DNA of 64,000 nucleotides. Origin: Amphiscolops sp. MND2022. Its lineage: Eukaryota. Location of the stretch: positions 47,866,001 through 47,930,000 of the forward strand of contig OZ076409.1 of the NCBI GenBank assembly GCA_964187785.1. Reading direction: 5' to 3'. The translations under genes and the position numbers were made by a program. Positions 13,598 to 25,893 of the stretch are shown here, one piece after another. Numbering within the stretch: position 1 is the stretch's first letter; every line of letters starts with the position of its first letter. The notes below the pieces were generated by a model that searched no databases, was not told where the DNA came from, and worked only from the letters and a program-made list of their open reading frames with translations.

Positions 13598-13746
13598 GGA
13601 GGGGAATAGGATCTAAATAATAAGATCTAAAATTTAGTGATTTTAGATCTTATTCCCTTTAGATCTTATTCCCGTCCTGAAATTTTAGATCTTATTCCCT
13701 TCGGATCTTAATCCCATTTTTGACTTTAGATCTTATTCCCCCCTCC
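13598..13746. mobile_element. Short foldback/MITE related to the Mutator-like elements at 48.5-52 kb
   Basis: GGAGGGGAATAG...TTATTCCCCCCTCC inverted ends with repeated TAGATCTTATTCCC subunits; followed by ~3 copies of AAATAGTCAAGTAACT (13752-13795). Confidence 0.6.
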
Positions 13747-14599
13747 TACTAAAATAGTCAAGTAACTAAATAGTCAAGTAACTAAATAGTCAAGTGATGG
13801 AGCGTGGAGATTTGGCAGAATTTGGAAAAAAAAACGCAACACAGATGATGATTTTTCTCCACATTGAAAATGTGGTTCGGAAAATAATAAAAGACGCAAA
13901 GTCACAAAAGCTTACCGACAAACGAATGGTATGGAAATTAAACTTCCACTAAAAGGTTTTAATATTTAGCTCGATCTCTTCTTGAGCCCACATGATTGGT
14001 GATTTGAAATTTTAACTATGCTTATTTTAAATGTTTTTATTTTAGGAAAAGCAATAGGAATAGTTAATTTAATTGGGTATTCATAACTGTTGTAATCTCT
14101 TTTGATAAGCAAGAATTGATCATGACACTGTTTTTCATTGAGTACACTTTAAATAATAAATTTGATTTAAAACATGATAAAGAGATAATAGCAGGTACTT
14201 CAGACAACCTAATTAAATTACCATAAACATAAACATAATGAATTCATTGTCTAGATGTTGCTCTCTAGCTCTACTTCAATAACAAAAACCTCAGTTATAT
14301 AGATTTGAAAAAGTACCCAATAAGGGCGAGGAAGGAGCAGTAATTCTCTTATTCTCACTCCAAAGAACCAATTTTGGCGCATAAAGTTGATCAATTTTTT
14401 CTCCTGGCGACAGTAATTGGAATTGTTGCAACTTCATTAATACATTATAAAGAGATTTCCATTGTCAATAACAAATAACGAAACAGGTTTCTGATGATAT
14501 TGCTAAAATGCGCCGGAGTCATTCTTTTTAGGTCTAATGGTATACAATTAAACTCAATCAGTCAGTTATAGACTTTCTTTCAGGAATTTTCAATTGATT

Positions 14600-15275
14600 T
14601 TTTCGTGCTGGTTGTTTGACAGTATTTTGGAGAAGTCCTTCAGTTAGTTCCTTGTTAAAGATGAGATGCTTTTGATTTCAGGTAAAAATTGCACAGGGGC
14701 TTTGTGGGGCAAATCTCCAAATATTCCTTCAGCAGTTCACAAAAATACAGTTTGAAAAAAATAAGAATTCCGTTGTCGAGTGAAAGGTCTGTGAGATCCA
14801 ATGTTATTTGGAAATCGTTGCTCTCATTATTCTACGCTGCACTCTTTCTTAAACTTGTTTTAACCGCTGAAACATAGATTAGCAAGCTATCACTTATCAT
14901 CGGTTTCGTAAATTAGTGGTATAATAGAAGGAGATACTTGCGTGGAAACTGAGGTCGGCAAATGTATCCTAGGCCCCAAAATTTGTTCAGTCTATTAACA
15001 ACGTGATCGATGTGTTGATTGAACTGTAGTCAATTCTCTATAGGAACGCCTAAATACTTACAGGACGTTTTGTAGTTCTGTGGCTTATTATCTATTTTAA
15101 AAGGCGTCGGATTCAGTTCACACTTATCTACATTAACAGTAAACTTTCTAACGATTAACTAGTCCAAAACCGCATCAATTTCCTCTTGTAATGAGAAAGT
15201 AATATTTTCCAGCGTTGATCAATGTCGTGTCATCCGGATACATTCTTACAATACTATCGCCATACATTTTACATT
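14600..15275 (-). pseudogene. Decayed LINE reverse transcriptase remnant
   Basis: Minus strand NVCDSIVRMYPDDTT (YADDT-like, ~15225-15270) and KYLGVPIEN*LQFNQHIDHV (~15000-15060). Confidence 0.7.
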
Positions 15276-15276
15276 T

Positions 15277-16047
15277 TACTCTGGACATATATGGTCCAGT
15301 CTATGATCAGCCTGTAACCATAAAATAGCAAAGTTTATTGGGCCATATTCTGGGCCAAATATGGTTCAGTCTATGATCAGCCTGGAACCATAAATCTTTA
15401 TGGCCCAGAGTATGGTCAAGCTGGAGCCATAAATAGAAAATTAGGATAATGTAGTCAATTAACGCATACACTAATGAAATTACAAGATATTTTTCAACCA
15501 AAGGTTCAATACAATCACCAAATTGAAAACAAGGTAGCAATCGTCAATTTTGGGCATCTTTTGCTGAATTATTGGTAATTTTTCTCGAAATAATCGAAAA
15601 TCATACTGCAAAGTGGGTACTTCTGTAACAAAAGAGTTATTTTTTAAATTCATGAGTGGCTGAGAACAAATTGAGTTACTATAGTTTGTCTTTAACTCCA
15701 CTTAGAGCTTAACGGAGTTCTGACCTGCAATGTATCGTTCGCAGATGCAAAAGGTCAAATGTGGCTCCATTGCCCTCAGCCTATAAAGCTGGCGGTTCTC
15801 AATATTTGAAATTTTTTGTTTGGGTTGCAACACACGTTTGGAACAAAAATTTATGATTCCAAGCTGACCATACTCTGGACCATATATGATTCCAGGCTGA
15901 TCATACTCTGGACCATATATGATTCCAGGCCGATCATACTCTGGACCATATATGATTCCGGCCCGATCATGGCAAGATCATAGTAAGGAAATTTGTATGA
16001 TTTTTATGGTGCCATAATATGGTCAGAATATGATTGGCCTGGTCGGG
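15277..16047. mobile_element. MITE-like insertion with inverted ~33-bp subterminal repeats
   Basis: TGATCATACTCTGGACCATATATGATTCCAGGC occurs ~3 times at 15865-15965, with degenerate inverted copies at 15290-15430; right end ...GGTCGGG; left terminus unclear. Confidence 0.5.
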
Positions 16048-17242
16048 AAACCCGGGCAAACAATTAACTGTCTATTCGTTCATGGTAGTTGTCAGGAAAA
16101 AGCATGAAGCTGCATTTTTCTACTGAATTTTATTCTTGAGAGGCTGTGCATGTTTTTGAAAAACGCCAACGTGTATCTGACATAGATCCGAAAGCATTAG
16201 TATTCAGAGTTGAAAATAACTACGGATATGTCACGTCAATCCGATATGGACATTTGCGTTTCTGTTCGCTTCGGTAGCCGGTAGATATAGGTTCCATTTG
16301 TGTCTGAACATTCTTCAGCTTTCTTTGAATCTTGGGTTGGTTCTAGTGGACCATTAGAAAAAACGAGAAAGCCAGAAATGTTCTCTATTTTCTGTTCGAA
16401 AAATCCTTTTATCTGAAGGAGATGTAAAACCGAACCACATTTTTGATACAGTAGATGTTATTTGTAAACAGTAATCATCGAAAAAGCCTTCGAAATTCTT
16501 TAATCAGAGCCCTGAAGAAATTTAAACTGAACGTATTGGATTTAAAATATATGTCGTTTGATTCAAAAAGTGAAAATGTTTATTATTTGACCCTCTTATG
16601 CATTTTTGAACAATATTTGAATTGTTAAATGAGTATTTCTATCTTTCTATCCAGCGCATTCCAGAGAAACAAATTTTCTCTATTTTTTCCTTTTGGGGCT
16701 TCGAGCTTCGCGAGATGCAGATATCGTCGAGTTTTTTTCGCAGATTCCGTAAAATGTGCCTAAATTTCAAACTTGTGAGGCAATTTTCTCAAAACCGAGA
16801 ATAGATAAGGATACCATAAAAATTGCGCAAGATCCTAGACTACCTTTTCTCCGGGAAAAAATTCGACTTCATGATTTTTTGCAGAGAAAATTTGAAAAAA
16901 CGCAATTTTTGATTGTTTTCCATCTTTAATCCCTTATACCTCAGAACTGAGACGCAATACAGAGTCCATGAATTCGTAAATTGTTCAAGGTTTTTAAAGG
17001 CTACATTTTAGCTGAAATATGATGTCAAAAATTTTTTCAATCTTAGTTTCTTTCGGCAAAAAGGAATAAAAAAATTATCTGAATTTTTTTCTATTTGTAG
17101 CTCTCATTTCTAAAAACTGAAAAAGGATATGAAAACAATTTTTCCTCAAAAGTAAAGCAAGGAGGCAGGCTAGTTGTTGTACCATCAAAGTTTACGTTAT
17201 CAAGTATGACGCCTTCGTTTTTCTGCAAAAATATTTTTTCCA

Positions 17243-17705
17243 TTTTTTAGTCCGCGCTTTTTCTACAGTGGAAAAAAGTCCGACTATTACAGTGGGTAGT
17301 TTTTTTCAGCCTACAATCTCACTCTGAATGGTCCATTTTTCTTACAATTCTTAAAATCTGACAATTTTTACAATTCTTACTTAGCTTACGAAGTAGTATT
17401 TTTACATCATCTAAGAAACTCAACGGGGCCAAAGGGTACTCCTTTGAAGTATTTTCGGCTCTGTGAGACTTTTTTTGAAAAAGAATTTAACCAAAGGGTC
17501 CCCCTTCAATTTTTTGATAGTTTCCGACAGAATGGATGTTGAAAAATCCCAAAGGGTCCCCATTTCAGTTTTTTCGGCATTGTGAGACTTTTTTCATTTT
17601 TTTTCAATAAAGGGTCCCCAATTCACCAATACTTTGACATTTTGAAGTCCTTTGCTATTTTTGAGCCCTAGATAAGGCGCCGACTTGGGCCGTTCTCGGC
17701 TTTTG
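17243..17705 (+). mobile_element. Helentron/DINE-1-like repeat, near full-length copy
   Basis: 5' TTTTAGTCCGCGC...GTCCGACT; 3' GGCGCCGACTTGGGCCGTTCTCGGCTT; AAAGGGTCCCC subunits. Confidence 0.6.
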
Positions 17706-18549
17706 TTTCTTTATTCTTTTATACTTAAGCTTATAATCAAGACCAAATACGGAGTCCATGGCTGCGTAAATAGTACAATATGTTCTGTAGGCTACATTTT
17801 AGCTTAAAAATGACGTCGAAATAGTTTTTTTTGTTCTGGTATTTCTGGGCAAATGAAGGGATGAAAAAAATGTCCGATTTTTTTCACTTCGTAGTTGATT
17901 TTCCTCAGAACTGCAAATAGATAAGTAAGTACCTTCAGTAAGTATGACAAGGATATGGTCTAGTTTTTATCATCATTTTTTTCAATTTTACGAATGAAAA
18001 TTTTTCAGTTTTCGTTTTAGTTTTTTCATCAAAAATTCCTGATCTGAAACTAGATAAGACCAACGGGTGTTGGGCCCTGGAATGTACACAAATAGTAGCA
18101 CTTTCTGCAGACCATTGAACGTTTTTACTTGAATCCAAGCGCGACATGCCATTGCGCCCATGTTTTTTCAATGTTTTGAGTCCGGGAAAGACATCTTTGT
18201 TTCGGTTACCTTTTAAACTAATTTAAAAATTAGAACTAGTCCAAAGGGTCTCTCGCTTTAGGTTTTTATCGGCATTGTGTGAATCTTTACGAAGTTATTT
18301 TCATTCCACTAAAGGTCTCCCCTAGATTTTGTTGATGTTTTCAGTAAAGGAGACGCCAATTTTCAAGATTAAAGGACCCTACTTTGCGTTTTCGGTACTG
18401 TGTGATTTTTTTTCTATCGTTTTTGAAATAATTTTCGTATACCGTTTTTTCGACATCTCTTGTTTTTTTTCCAGTTTCAAAGAGAACTTTTTTCAACAAT
18501 CGAAAATTCCTCAAGTGGGTCATTTAGGAATTTTTTGATATAATTTTTC

Positions 18550-18910
18550 ACCAATTAATCCCCCAGGGCGAAAGTTCGCACTTAACCAGTAAATTTCTGC
18601 ATCTTTTCAAATTCAACGGTAACGATGGAAAAGCGCTACTACTTTTTGTTGACGCTATATTTGATTTTTCATTACCTTTCGTTTTATATAATACCATGAA
18701 AAGTGTAGAATTCGACATTGACCCCTGAGGAACTCTTTTCAATTTGAACAAAAGATTCACCGTTTTCGTTACAACATATTACAATAAAAATTCCATAAAT
18801 CCGAATTAAGATTATCTCTCAGTCGCATTAATCTTGAGAGAACGAAGGCAAGAGCTTTTTATCCATTTGACATTAGGGAAATTTATTAGCATTTTTGCAT
18901 GACCTAGTTC
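18550..18910 (-). pseudogene. Short LINE RT remnant
   Basis: Minus strand KRVPQGSM (GVPQGS-like motif) in ORF 18548-18760. Confidence 0.45.
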
Positions 18911-18973
18911 TCAGGAATTTTTTAATTTGATCTAATAGTCATCTCAATTTGTTTAAATTTGATCAAATGGTCA

Positions 18974-19503
18974 CCCAGTGTAAAAACTTTTGCAACTCTT
19001 GATAAGAATCTTGGACATTCCTGGATTTCCTGGTAAGAATCTTGGCAAGATTCTTACCAAGAAATCTACGAATTTGCAAGATCGAGCCAAGAAATTCAAG
19101 AGATGAACTGACAAAAGTGAATGGAAACAAACAAAACTCGACGCCAACTGCAGCTTGATCAGCGTACCTTATATGCCGCAGCTTTTCGCGCTACCAACCA
19201 AGCTATCACGCTCTGAAACTCACTACTTTGTGTTGTCCTATATCCAATATTTCAAAGAATGATAGTGTAGCTGGTAGTGTGAAAAACAGCAAAGTACTTG
19301 TAAACAAAATTGCTGTTTGTTTCACACCTTATCCATTTTCTTGACACTCTTGATAAGACTCTTACCAAGAATACTATCAAGAAATTCAAGAGGTTTGTGT
19401 GAAGCAAGAATAAACAAGATCTTATCAAGACTTTCAAGAGTAAACAGGAATATGTAAGAATATGCAAGATCTTGGCAAGAGTTTCAAGAGTTTTTACACT
19501 GGA
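18974..19503. mobile_element. MITE with CCC-initiated TIRs (CACTA/EnSpm-like) and probable 2-bp TSD CA
   Basis: CCCAGTGTAAAAACT ... AGTTTTTACACTGG(A); internal CAAGA/TCTTG subrepeats; CA on both flanks. Confidence 0.7.
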
Positions 19504-20565
19504 CACCGTTTCTGCAGCATTTGATCCCAGAAAATGTCTGATTTTTCCCTACAGTATTTTTCCCTACAGGCATCTGATTTTGCCTAAATATGAAAACTAT
19601 TGCAGTGCAGATGCACCTCTTAGATTTCAACTGGGAGAACGAATATTTGGAGGTGTATTTCGGACAGCGTATGTTGTTTTAAGCAGCTGATACTGCAATG
19701 TCCACTTTTTATCTTTTTTGCAAAAACATTGGTGGTTTTTATGGGATCAGTTTGGAAAATTGTATGGATTTGGAAAACAATGTTTGGCAAGACAAGTTTT
19801 TTTGAACATTTTTGCTCAATTCCGAAGTTTTTTGGAGCTTCTAGCTTTACGTTATTTCGTAAATAAAATTGCGTCTATTCTCCATCTTTTTGACGGCGCT
19901 TTTCAAAATACAAAAAATTCCCAAGTGTACAAAGGCAAATTGTCAATGGTGTTCTATTTTTATTCATCTTTTTCAATTGTTCATCTTCTTTATTTTGTTC
20001 AACTTCTTCCGTCACTTCATATCATCATTAGGAATATTAATTTTAGCCGGAGCCTATTTTGCCGTTTTAGCCTATTTTGACCATTTTCCGTCTATTTTAA
20101 CAAGAATTTCGCTTCCGGTTTCTGAGAAGCGTTAGATATTTCTGAGAAACGCTCAATACAAGCTATGCACAACAAGTCGCCTGATATTCTGCGTGACAGC
20201 TAATCACAGCTCGACAGCAAGCTGGCCAGTATTGTTTGTTTAACCCTTTGCACTCCGCAGATCTGCAGCTCGCTGTGCACAAAGTTTTATCAAGCTTCGA
20301 TGAGCCCGTTCCAATGTCGGAAAGTTCCAGACCTTTGCAGAATATTAGGCACGTAATAAGGTAATAATTTTTAATAAAAAGTGCAATGGCGGAAATTTAA
20401 TAGACTTTTCAGTAATTTCCTATTGCGGTTATTATTTTATATTTATTATTTAATGGCCACCACTGCTTCCAGGACTCTTCTCGACCCAAATTTCCCATTC
20501 CCGCTATTACGACGTGTGGAACGTGGTTAACTTCTGTAGTATACGTCAGCAAGCACTGGGTAAAC

Positions 20566-21132
20566 TTGAAAGGTTATCTTTCGACTATTCCCAAAGGCGA
20601 GAGTTCGGCAGCCCGAAAAGCTCTGGTCGAAATGGAAGATCCCGAATTATTGCGTAACATTGGGTTTTTGTCAACGTTTGAATTCCGTGTTCCATATGGT
20701 ACTCTTTCTGAAGGCGCGGGATTCACAACAATGAAAGCTTCGTCTCAAATTGACAAAATCACCGGGAAGTTCATTGAACCTTTGGAGACAGGAAACATAT
20801 TATCTGATCTTCTCCTCAAAAAATTTCAAGACCTGATCCAGAAAAATGAAGGACTGAGGAAAGTTGTTGAAATTGCTCGAGGAATCAACGCAGAAACTTC
20901 GGAGCCTGAAGAAATTGGTCTACTATCGTTTGCCCCATGCACGTCAGTACCCGTGGAACGACTATTTTCGGTACGTAACGCCTTTGTGAGTGACAGACCA
21001 TACCGTCTTGAAGAAACACTCAATAAATTGGTGTTTGTTAAGTACATTTCTAAGCTTTTGTACTTTTCGCCTAATTCACGTGTTTTCCCGACTATTTTCA
21101 TCCTTTTTCGCCTGAAAAAGGTGTCTATTTGA
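20566..21132 (+). pseudogene. C-terminal fragment of a hAT-like DNA transposase
   Basis: FAPCTSVPVERLFS...SDRPYRL matches the hAT C-terminal 'P.TS..VER.FS' motif; no ATG start and N-terminal part absent. Confidence 0.7.
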
Positions 21133-22411
21133 GGGATTTTCAGCCTAAAGTTATTTTTCCTATTCATCATGCAGCCAGTCATTGGGAACTATCTGGGATC
21201 AACTAGAAACATCAACAGGGCTAGAAAGTGTCGAAGCCTCCATTGAGGTTTGTCGGCACTATGCGACGTTTTCAAAACGTTTTTTAAAACTTTACCGAAT
21301 GGTCCTCCCTTCGGTTTTCACACAGTTTCAAATTCGAAAAAGTTGTTTATCGAGCATAAATTTTCACCTCTTCCGAGTATTCCGGCACTTTGTGACTTTT
21401 CCAGGAAAGTTTTTTCTCGAAATTTACTTTCTAAAATGGTAACTTTTGAAGATTTCCAGTAAAGAAACGCGTGAAAGAAAGCCTACCCAGTCGCTCTTTA
21501 GACTGTTTAGTTACCGTCGTTCAAAAATGAAACCTGTGAAAATTACAATGTTAAAACATTTATGGTGCGAATTTTGCACTCACACAATTGCCAAATACAA
21601 ACTTCTAGAAAATAGGACAGAGAATCAAAATGAAATAGATTATGAAAATCATTAAACTTGAGCCTTGAGCAAATAAAATAAACATTTGTTCATCAACATG
21701 AACTAACAATAAAGAACAAAGGACAGCAAAGTTCTTTAAAATGTATTTTTCAAAGTAGTTTGAGATATTTTTAATCAAAGAATATATAAATTCACTGCAA
21801 TGCGAATTATTATCGATACGAAAGGAAAACTGAAATTTTTGCAATGACCATATTCTTCTGGCGAATTTCTGTCAAAAATGAAGCGCTAACTTACTTTTTG
21901 TCGAAGTTTTGATAGAAACACGGTGTTAGTATCCGTGACAGGTCTTTGAAGTGAAATGATTTTAGGCAGCCAATTGTGATCTTAAGATAATAAAATTTTT
22001 GCTGCTTTTTGGTTCGAAGTGACGTCAACAAAATTGTTGAAATGTTTGCAAAGTGTGAAAAAAAGAATGTGGCCAGCTTTCAATCACATCAATTCAGTTA
22101 GATACGCTAAGTAACTACATATTTGACAGGAACTAACACTTTTATCAGCCGCCGCGGCGTATTACGTCATCGTAACAGAGGGACCAGTTAGATCTGGTTG
22201 CACTGTGATCAAGGATAAACACCTCAAGGAGTCCTGCTTACAGGGATACCGGAAGCCTCTTTCCAATGGTACTAAATCCTTATAAATGATACTTTTCAAA
22301 CTCATCGTATCATCTATTTTCAATCATCTTACCTGTGCAATCAAAGATGCGTGAACAAGTTCCACAGTAGACATAACCCATCATTGACAACTTCCTTGGC
22401 CTTTAAAACCG

Positions 22412-24378
22412 CCCGTACTGAGACTCCATTCAATCGATGGCCATTGCAACTTTTTCCGATGAGCATCGATGGCCATCGATGGGATTTGAATTTTGGCCCA
22501 GCGCATGGGGGCAGTTGTGGAGCATTTTTGGGTTAAATATATCTAATTTTAACCTACTCTCATTTCCTTTTGAGCCTGAGCAAGCTTTCTCGAGCCTGAA
22601 AATCACTTTTATCGGAGACTTGCCCTTGAATTATTTGAAAAAAAAAGAAAAACGTTGCAAAATTGCAGTTATTCGCATAATAATGCGACGGAATCGAGCT
22701 TCAATTGCTGAGAAAACCATCTGCTTGTAAGAAGAGAAAAGATCTGAAATATGCAGAAATTTGACTCTAAAAATACGTATTCATATCAAAAAATTTGGAA
22801 GTTTTTCTCTGGAAAAGCAGGAAAACCTTGCAAAATTGCAATTATGCGTATGAAAAGGCGACGGAATCAAGCTTCCATTGCTGAGAAAACCATCTGCTTG
22901 TAAGAAGAAAAAAGATCTGAAATATGCAGAAATTTGACTCTAAAAATACGTATTTATATCAAAAAATTTGGAAGTTTTTCTCTGGAAAAGCAGGAAAACC
23001 TTGCAAAATTGCAATTATGCGTATGAAAAGGCGACGGAATCAAGCTTCCATTGCTGAGAAAACCATCTGCTTGTAAGAAAACGTATCTGAAATATGCAGA
23101 AATTTGACTCTGAAAATACGTATTTATATCAAAAAATTTGGAAGTTTTTCTCTGGAAAAGCAGGAAAACCTTGCAAAATTGCAATTATGCGTATGAAAAG
23201 GCGACGGAATCAAGCTTCCATTGCTGAGAAAACCATCTGCTTGTAAGAAGAAAAAAGATCTGAAATATGCAGAAATTTGACTCTAAAAATACGTATTTAT
23301 ATCAAAAAATTTGGAAGTTTTTCTCTGGAAAAGCAGGAAAACCTTGCAAAATTGCAATTATGCGTATGAAAAGGCGACGGAATCAAGCTTCCATTGCTGA
23401 GAAAACCATCTGCTTGTAAGAAAACGTATCTGAAATATGCAGAAATTTGACTCTGAAAATACGTATTTATATCAAAAAATTTGGAAGTTTTTCTCTGGAA
23501 AAGCAGGAAAACCTTGCAAAATTGCAATTATGCGTATGAAAAGGCGACGGAATCAAGCTTCCATTGCTGAGAAAACCATCTGCTTGTAAGAAGAAAAAGA
23601 TCTGAAATATGCAGAAATTTTACTCTAAAAATACGTATTTATATCAAAAAATTTGGAAGTTTTTCTCTGGAAAAGCAGGAAAACCTTGCAAAATTGCAAT
23701 TATGCGTATGAAAACGCGACGGAATCAAGCTTCCATTGCTGAGAAAACCATCTGCTTGTAAGAAGAAAACGTATCTGAAATATGCAGATATTTGACTCGG
23801 AAAACACGTGTTTATATCAAAAAATTTGGAAGTTTTTCTATGGAAAAGCAGGAAAACCTTGCAAAATTGCAATTATGCGTATGAAAAGGCGACGGAATTG
23901 AGCTTCCATTGCAGAGAAAACCATCTGCTTGTAAGAAGAAAAATATCTGAAATATGCAGAAATTTGACTATGAAAATACGTTTTTGTATCAAAAAATTTG
24001 GGGTTTTTTTCCTAGGAAAATCAACAGAATCCGGTTTTTCACAAAGGTAAATAAAATGGATAACTATGTATAACTTCATTTCCGAATAAAATATTTGGGC
24101 ACCCTCGAAATCCCAAACAAAGTTTAAATAGACTGAATGAAAAACTTAAATGGCCAGAGTTTAGTTGAAATTTTGAACATGGCGAAGTCGAACGAATTTT
24201 TATGATGGAAAATTTTGATTCCCATCGATGGGTCATTGATGGTCCATCGATGACCCGTCGATGGGATGATCGTTGGAAAAACCTCATCGATGCCCATCGA
24301 TGGAACATTGATGGCCATCGATGGGCCCCATGGGACTGCGATGGCCATCGATAAACTGCGATGGGATCTCAGTACGGG
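22412..24378. mobile_element. Non-autonomous TIR element (CACTA/EnSpm-like) with an internal satellite array
   Basis: TIRs CCCGTACTGAGA / TCTCAGTACGGG with CG on both flanks (possible 2-bp TSD); clustered (C)ATCGATG(G) subterminal motifs at 22433-22483 and 24222-24352. Confidence 0.8.
22640..24010. repeat. Tandem array of ~8 monomers of ~169-174 bp with a 343-bp dimeric higher-order period
   Basis: Monomers alternate AAGAAGAAAAAAGATCTG and AAGAAAACGTATCTG; identical ORFs at 22954 and 23297 are 343 bp apart. Confidence 0.95.
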
Positions 24379-25290
24379 CGTCCAAAAATAAATTGAACTC
24401 CGAGTTTGCCATTGCGACAGCAAGGGACTTTGACCTTTCGAAAGTCAAAACTTAAACTTAAAGTAATAAGTATACCGAAGGAAACTAGTTGGGGAATCCA
24501 AAGATTTCACCCGAATGCATGAAAGCTGAAATTATTGCAGATTTATTTGTTTGTCGAATTTGATTGTGGAACTTTTGCGGACTACAAGATTTTGTTGACT
24601 AAATTATGTTCACCCGAGTCAGTATATAGGGTCATCCTTGGTTCATCAGCATAACATGAAAAAAATGGTTGCTAACGCTTTCGGGGAAAGTCGTCAGTCA
24701 TCAAGCAGACAAATTTGTAAACTTTGTAGTTGTGTTTTGAACAAATGAACAATTAGATTGTGATAATGAATCGAAACAGCTCTGGAACGTTTCAATTCAG
24801 GGTACAGCGAGACAATACCTGATAACAGGTACGAATGAAGAAAGGTATACCAATGGCAAACCAAATTAGGGGTTCGAAATAACTTCAAGGCCTGCTATTG
24901 CATAATAAAGCACAAACGTGTCAACGAAAAGCGCTAGAGAGCGTCGTATATCCACTCGCGCTGACAGAGCGTTTCTATATTCACCGAAGATAGTCAGAGC
25001 GTTTCTATTGCCACCTTGCGTAATCATGTACAGTTGAAAATTAAATTGCGACAATAGTATTTTTGTATGACCCAATCACAATGAAATAATAACCCAAACC
25101 CATAATAGATCTGAAACGCCAACCTTTTGAAGTAAAAGTACCCCAAAGGCGGTCCAGTGACCCCTTAAGGTTGCTTAGGTCTTTTGCCTTTTAGGAGTAT
25201 CTTCTGGCGGTTTTTCCTCTTTCGTCTTGTTTTGGCAGGCAAGAAACGCTTTGCCGAGGTATTTTGTTAGTCTCTTCTTCAAGCGTCTCA

Positions 25291-25353
<63 letters not shown>
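25291..25353 (+). repeat. (CAT)21 microsatellite, left boundary of YR unit 1
   Basis: Read directly. Confidence 0.98.
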
Positions 25354-25647
25354 GATGATCAGATACGCTCCAGGACCCAGGAAACTCCAAAAGGGGGGTC
25401 AGGCAGTCTCTCTGGCAATTTTAGTCGGGGGTTGGAAAGTATTTTAGAAATTTTTTCTTTTTTTCAAATGGTACAATTTTTTCGATAATCGTTATTGAAT
25501 CGCGAAGCAATAAAAAACTTTTCGGCATAGTTTTCAGTTCGATTCATTCACGGTTTAAAAAAATCTTTTTTAGAATATAGACTCGCTTCAACTGTTTTGA
25601 GTGAATATAGAGACGTTTCAACAGTAGGGAAGATAATAATATGCTTG

Positions 25648-25888
25648 CTGACGTAATATCACGTGACTTAAATTCTCTTATTTTATTAGCGTAAGAACCA
25701 ATCAGAATCGCTCAAGCTTACTTTTCTCATCGCTGCAGGTAATTTGTACGCACTCTCGCATAATAAGCGGTCGTATAATCGTTGTCAAAGTGAATGTGAT
25801 TTGAAAGTAAACACGGCAGAGACGCGCTGTCAACTATTTGCACCTTTTATCTAATTTCATGTGAAATTTCAAAATCTTGTATTTTCAG
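25648..25888 (+). promoter_or_regulatory. Putative Pol II promoter and 5' UTR intron of the YR gene (repeated in unit 2, ~29042-29282)
   Basis: TGACGTAA, TCACGTGA and AACCAATCAG motifs; CAG|GTAATT donor at 25739 and TTTTCAG acceptor at 25888, five bases before ACC-ATG (25894). Confidence 0.5.
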
Positions 25889-25893
25889 ACACC

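Noticed and set aside
22640..24010. CRISPR array or alpha-satellite
   Set aside because: Monomers are contiguous with no unique spacers. The ~171-bp length matches alpha satellite only in size. The repeated 76-aa ORFs are by-products.
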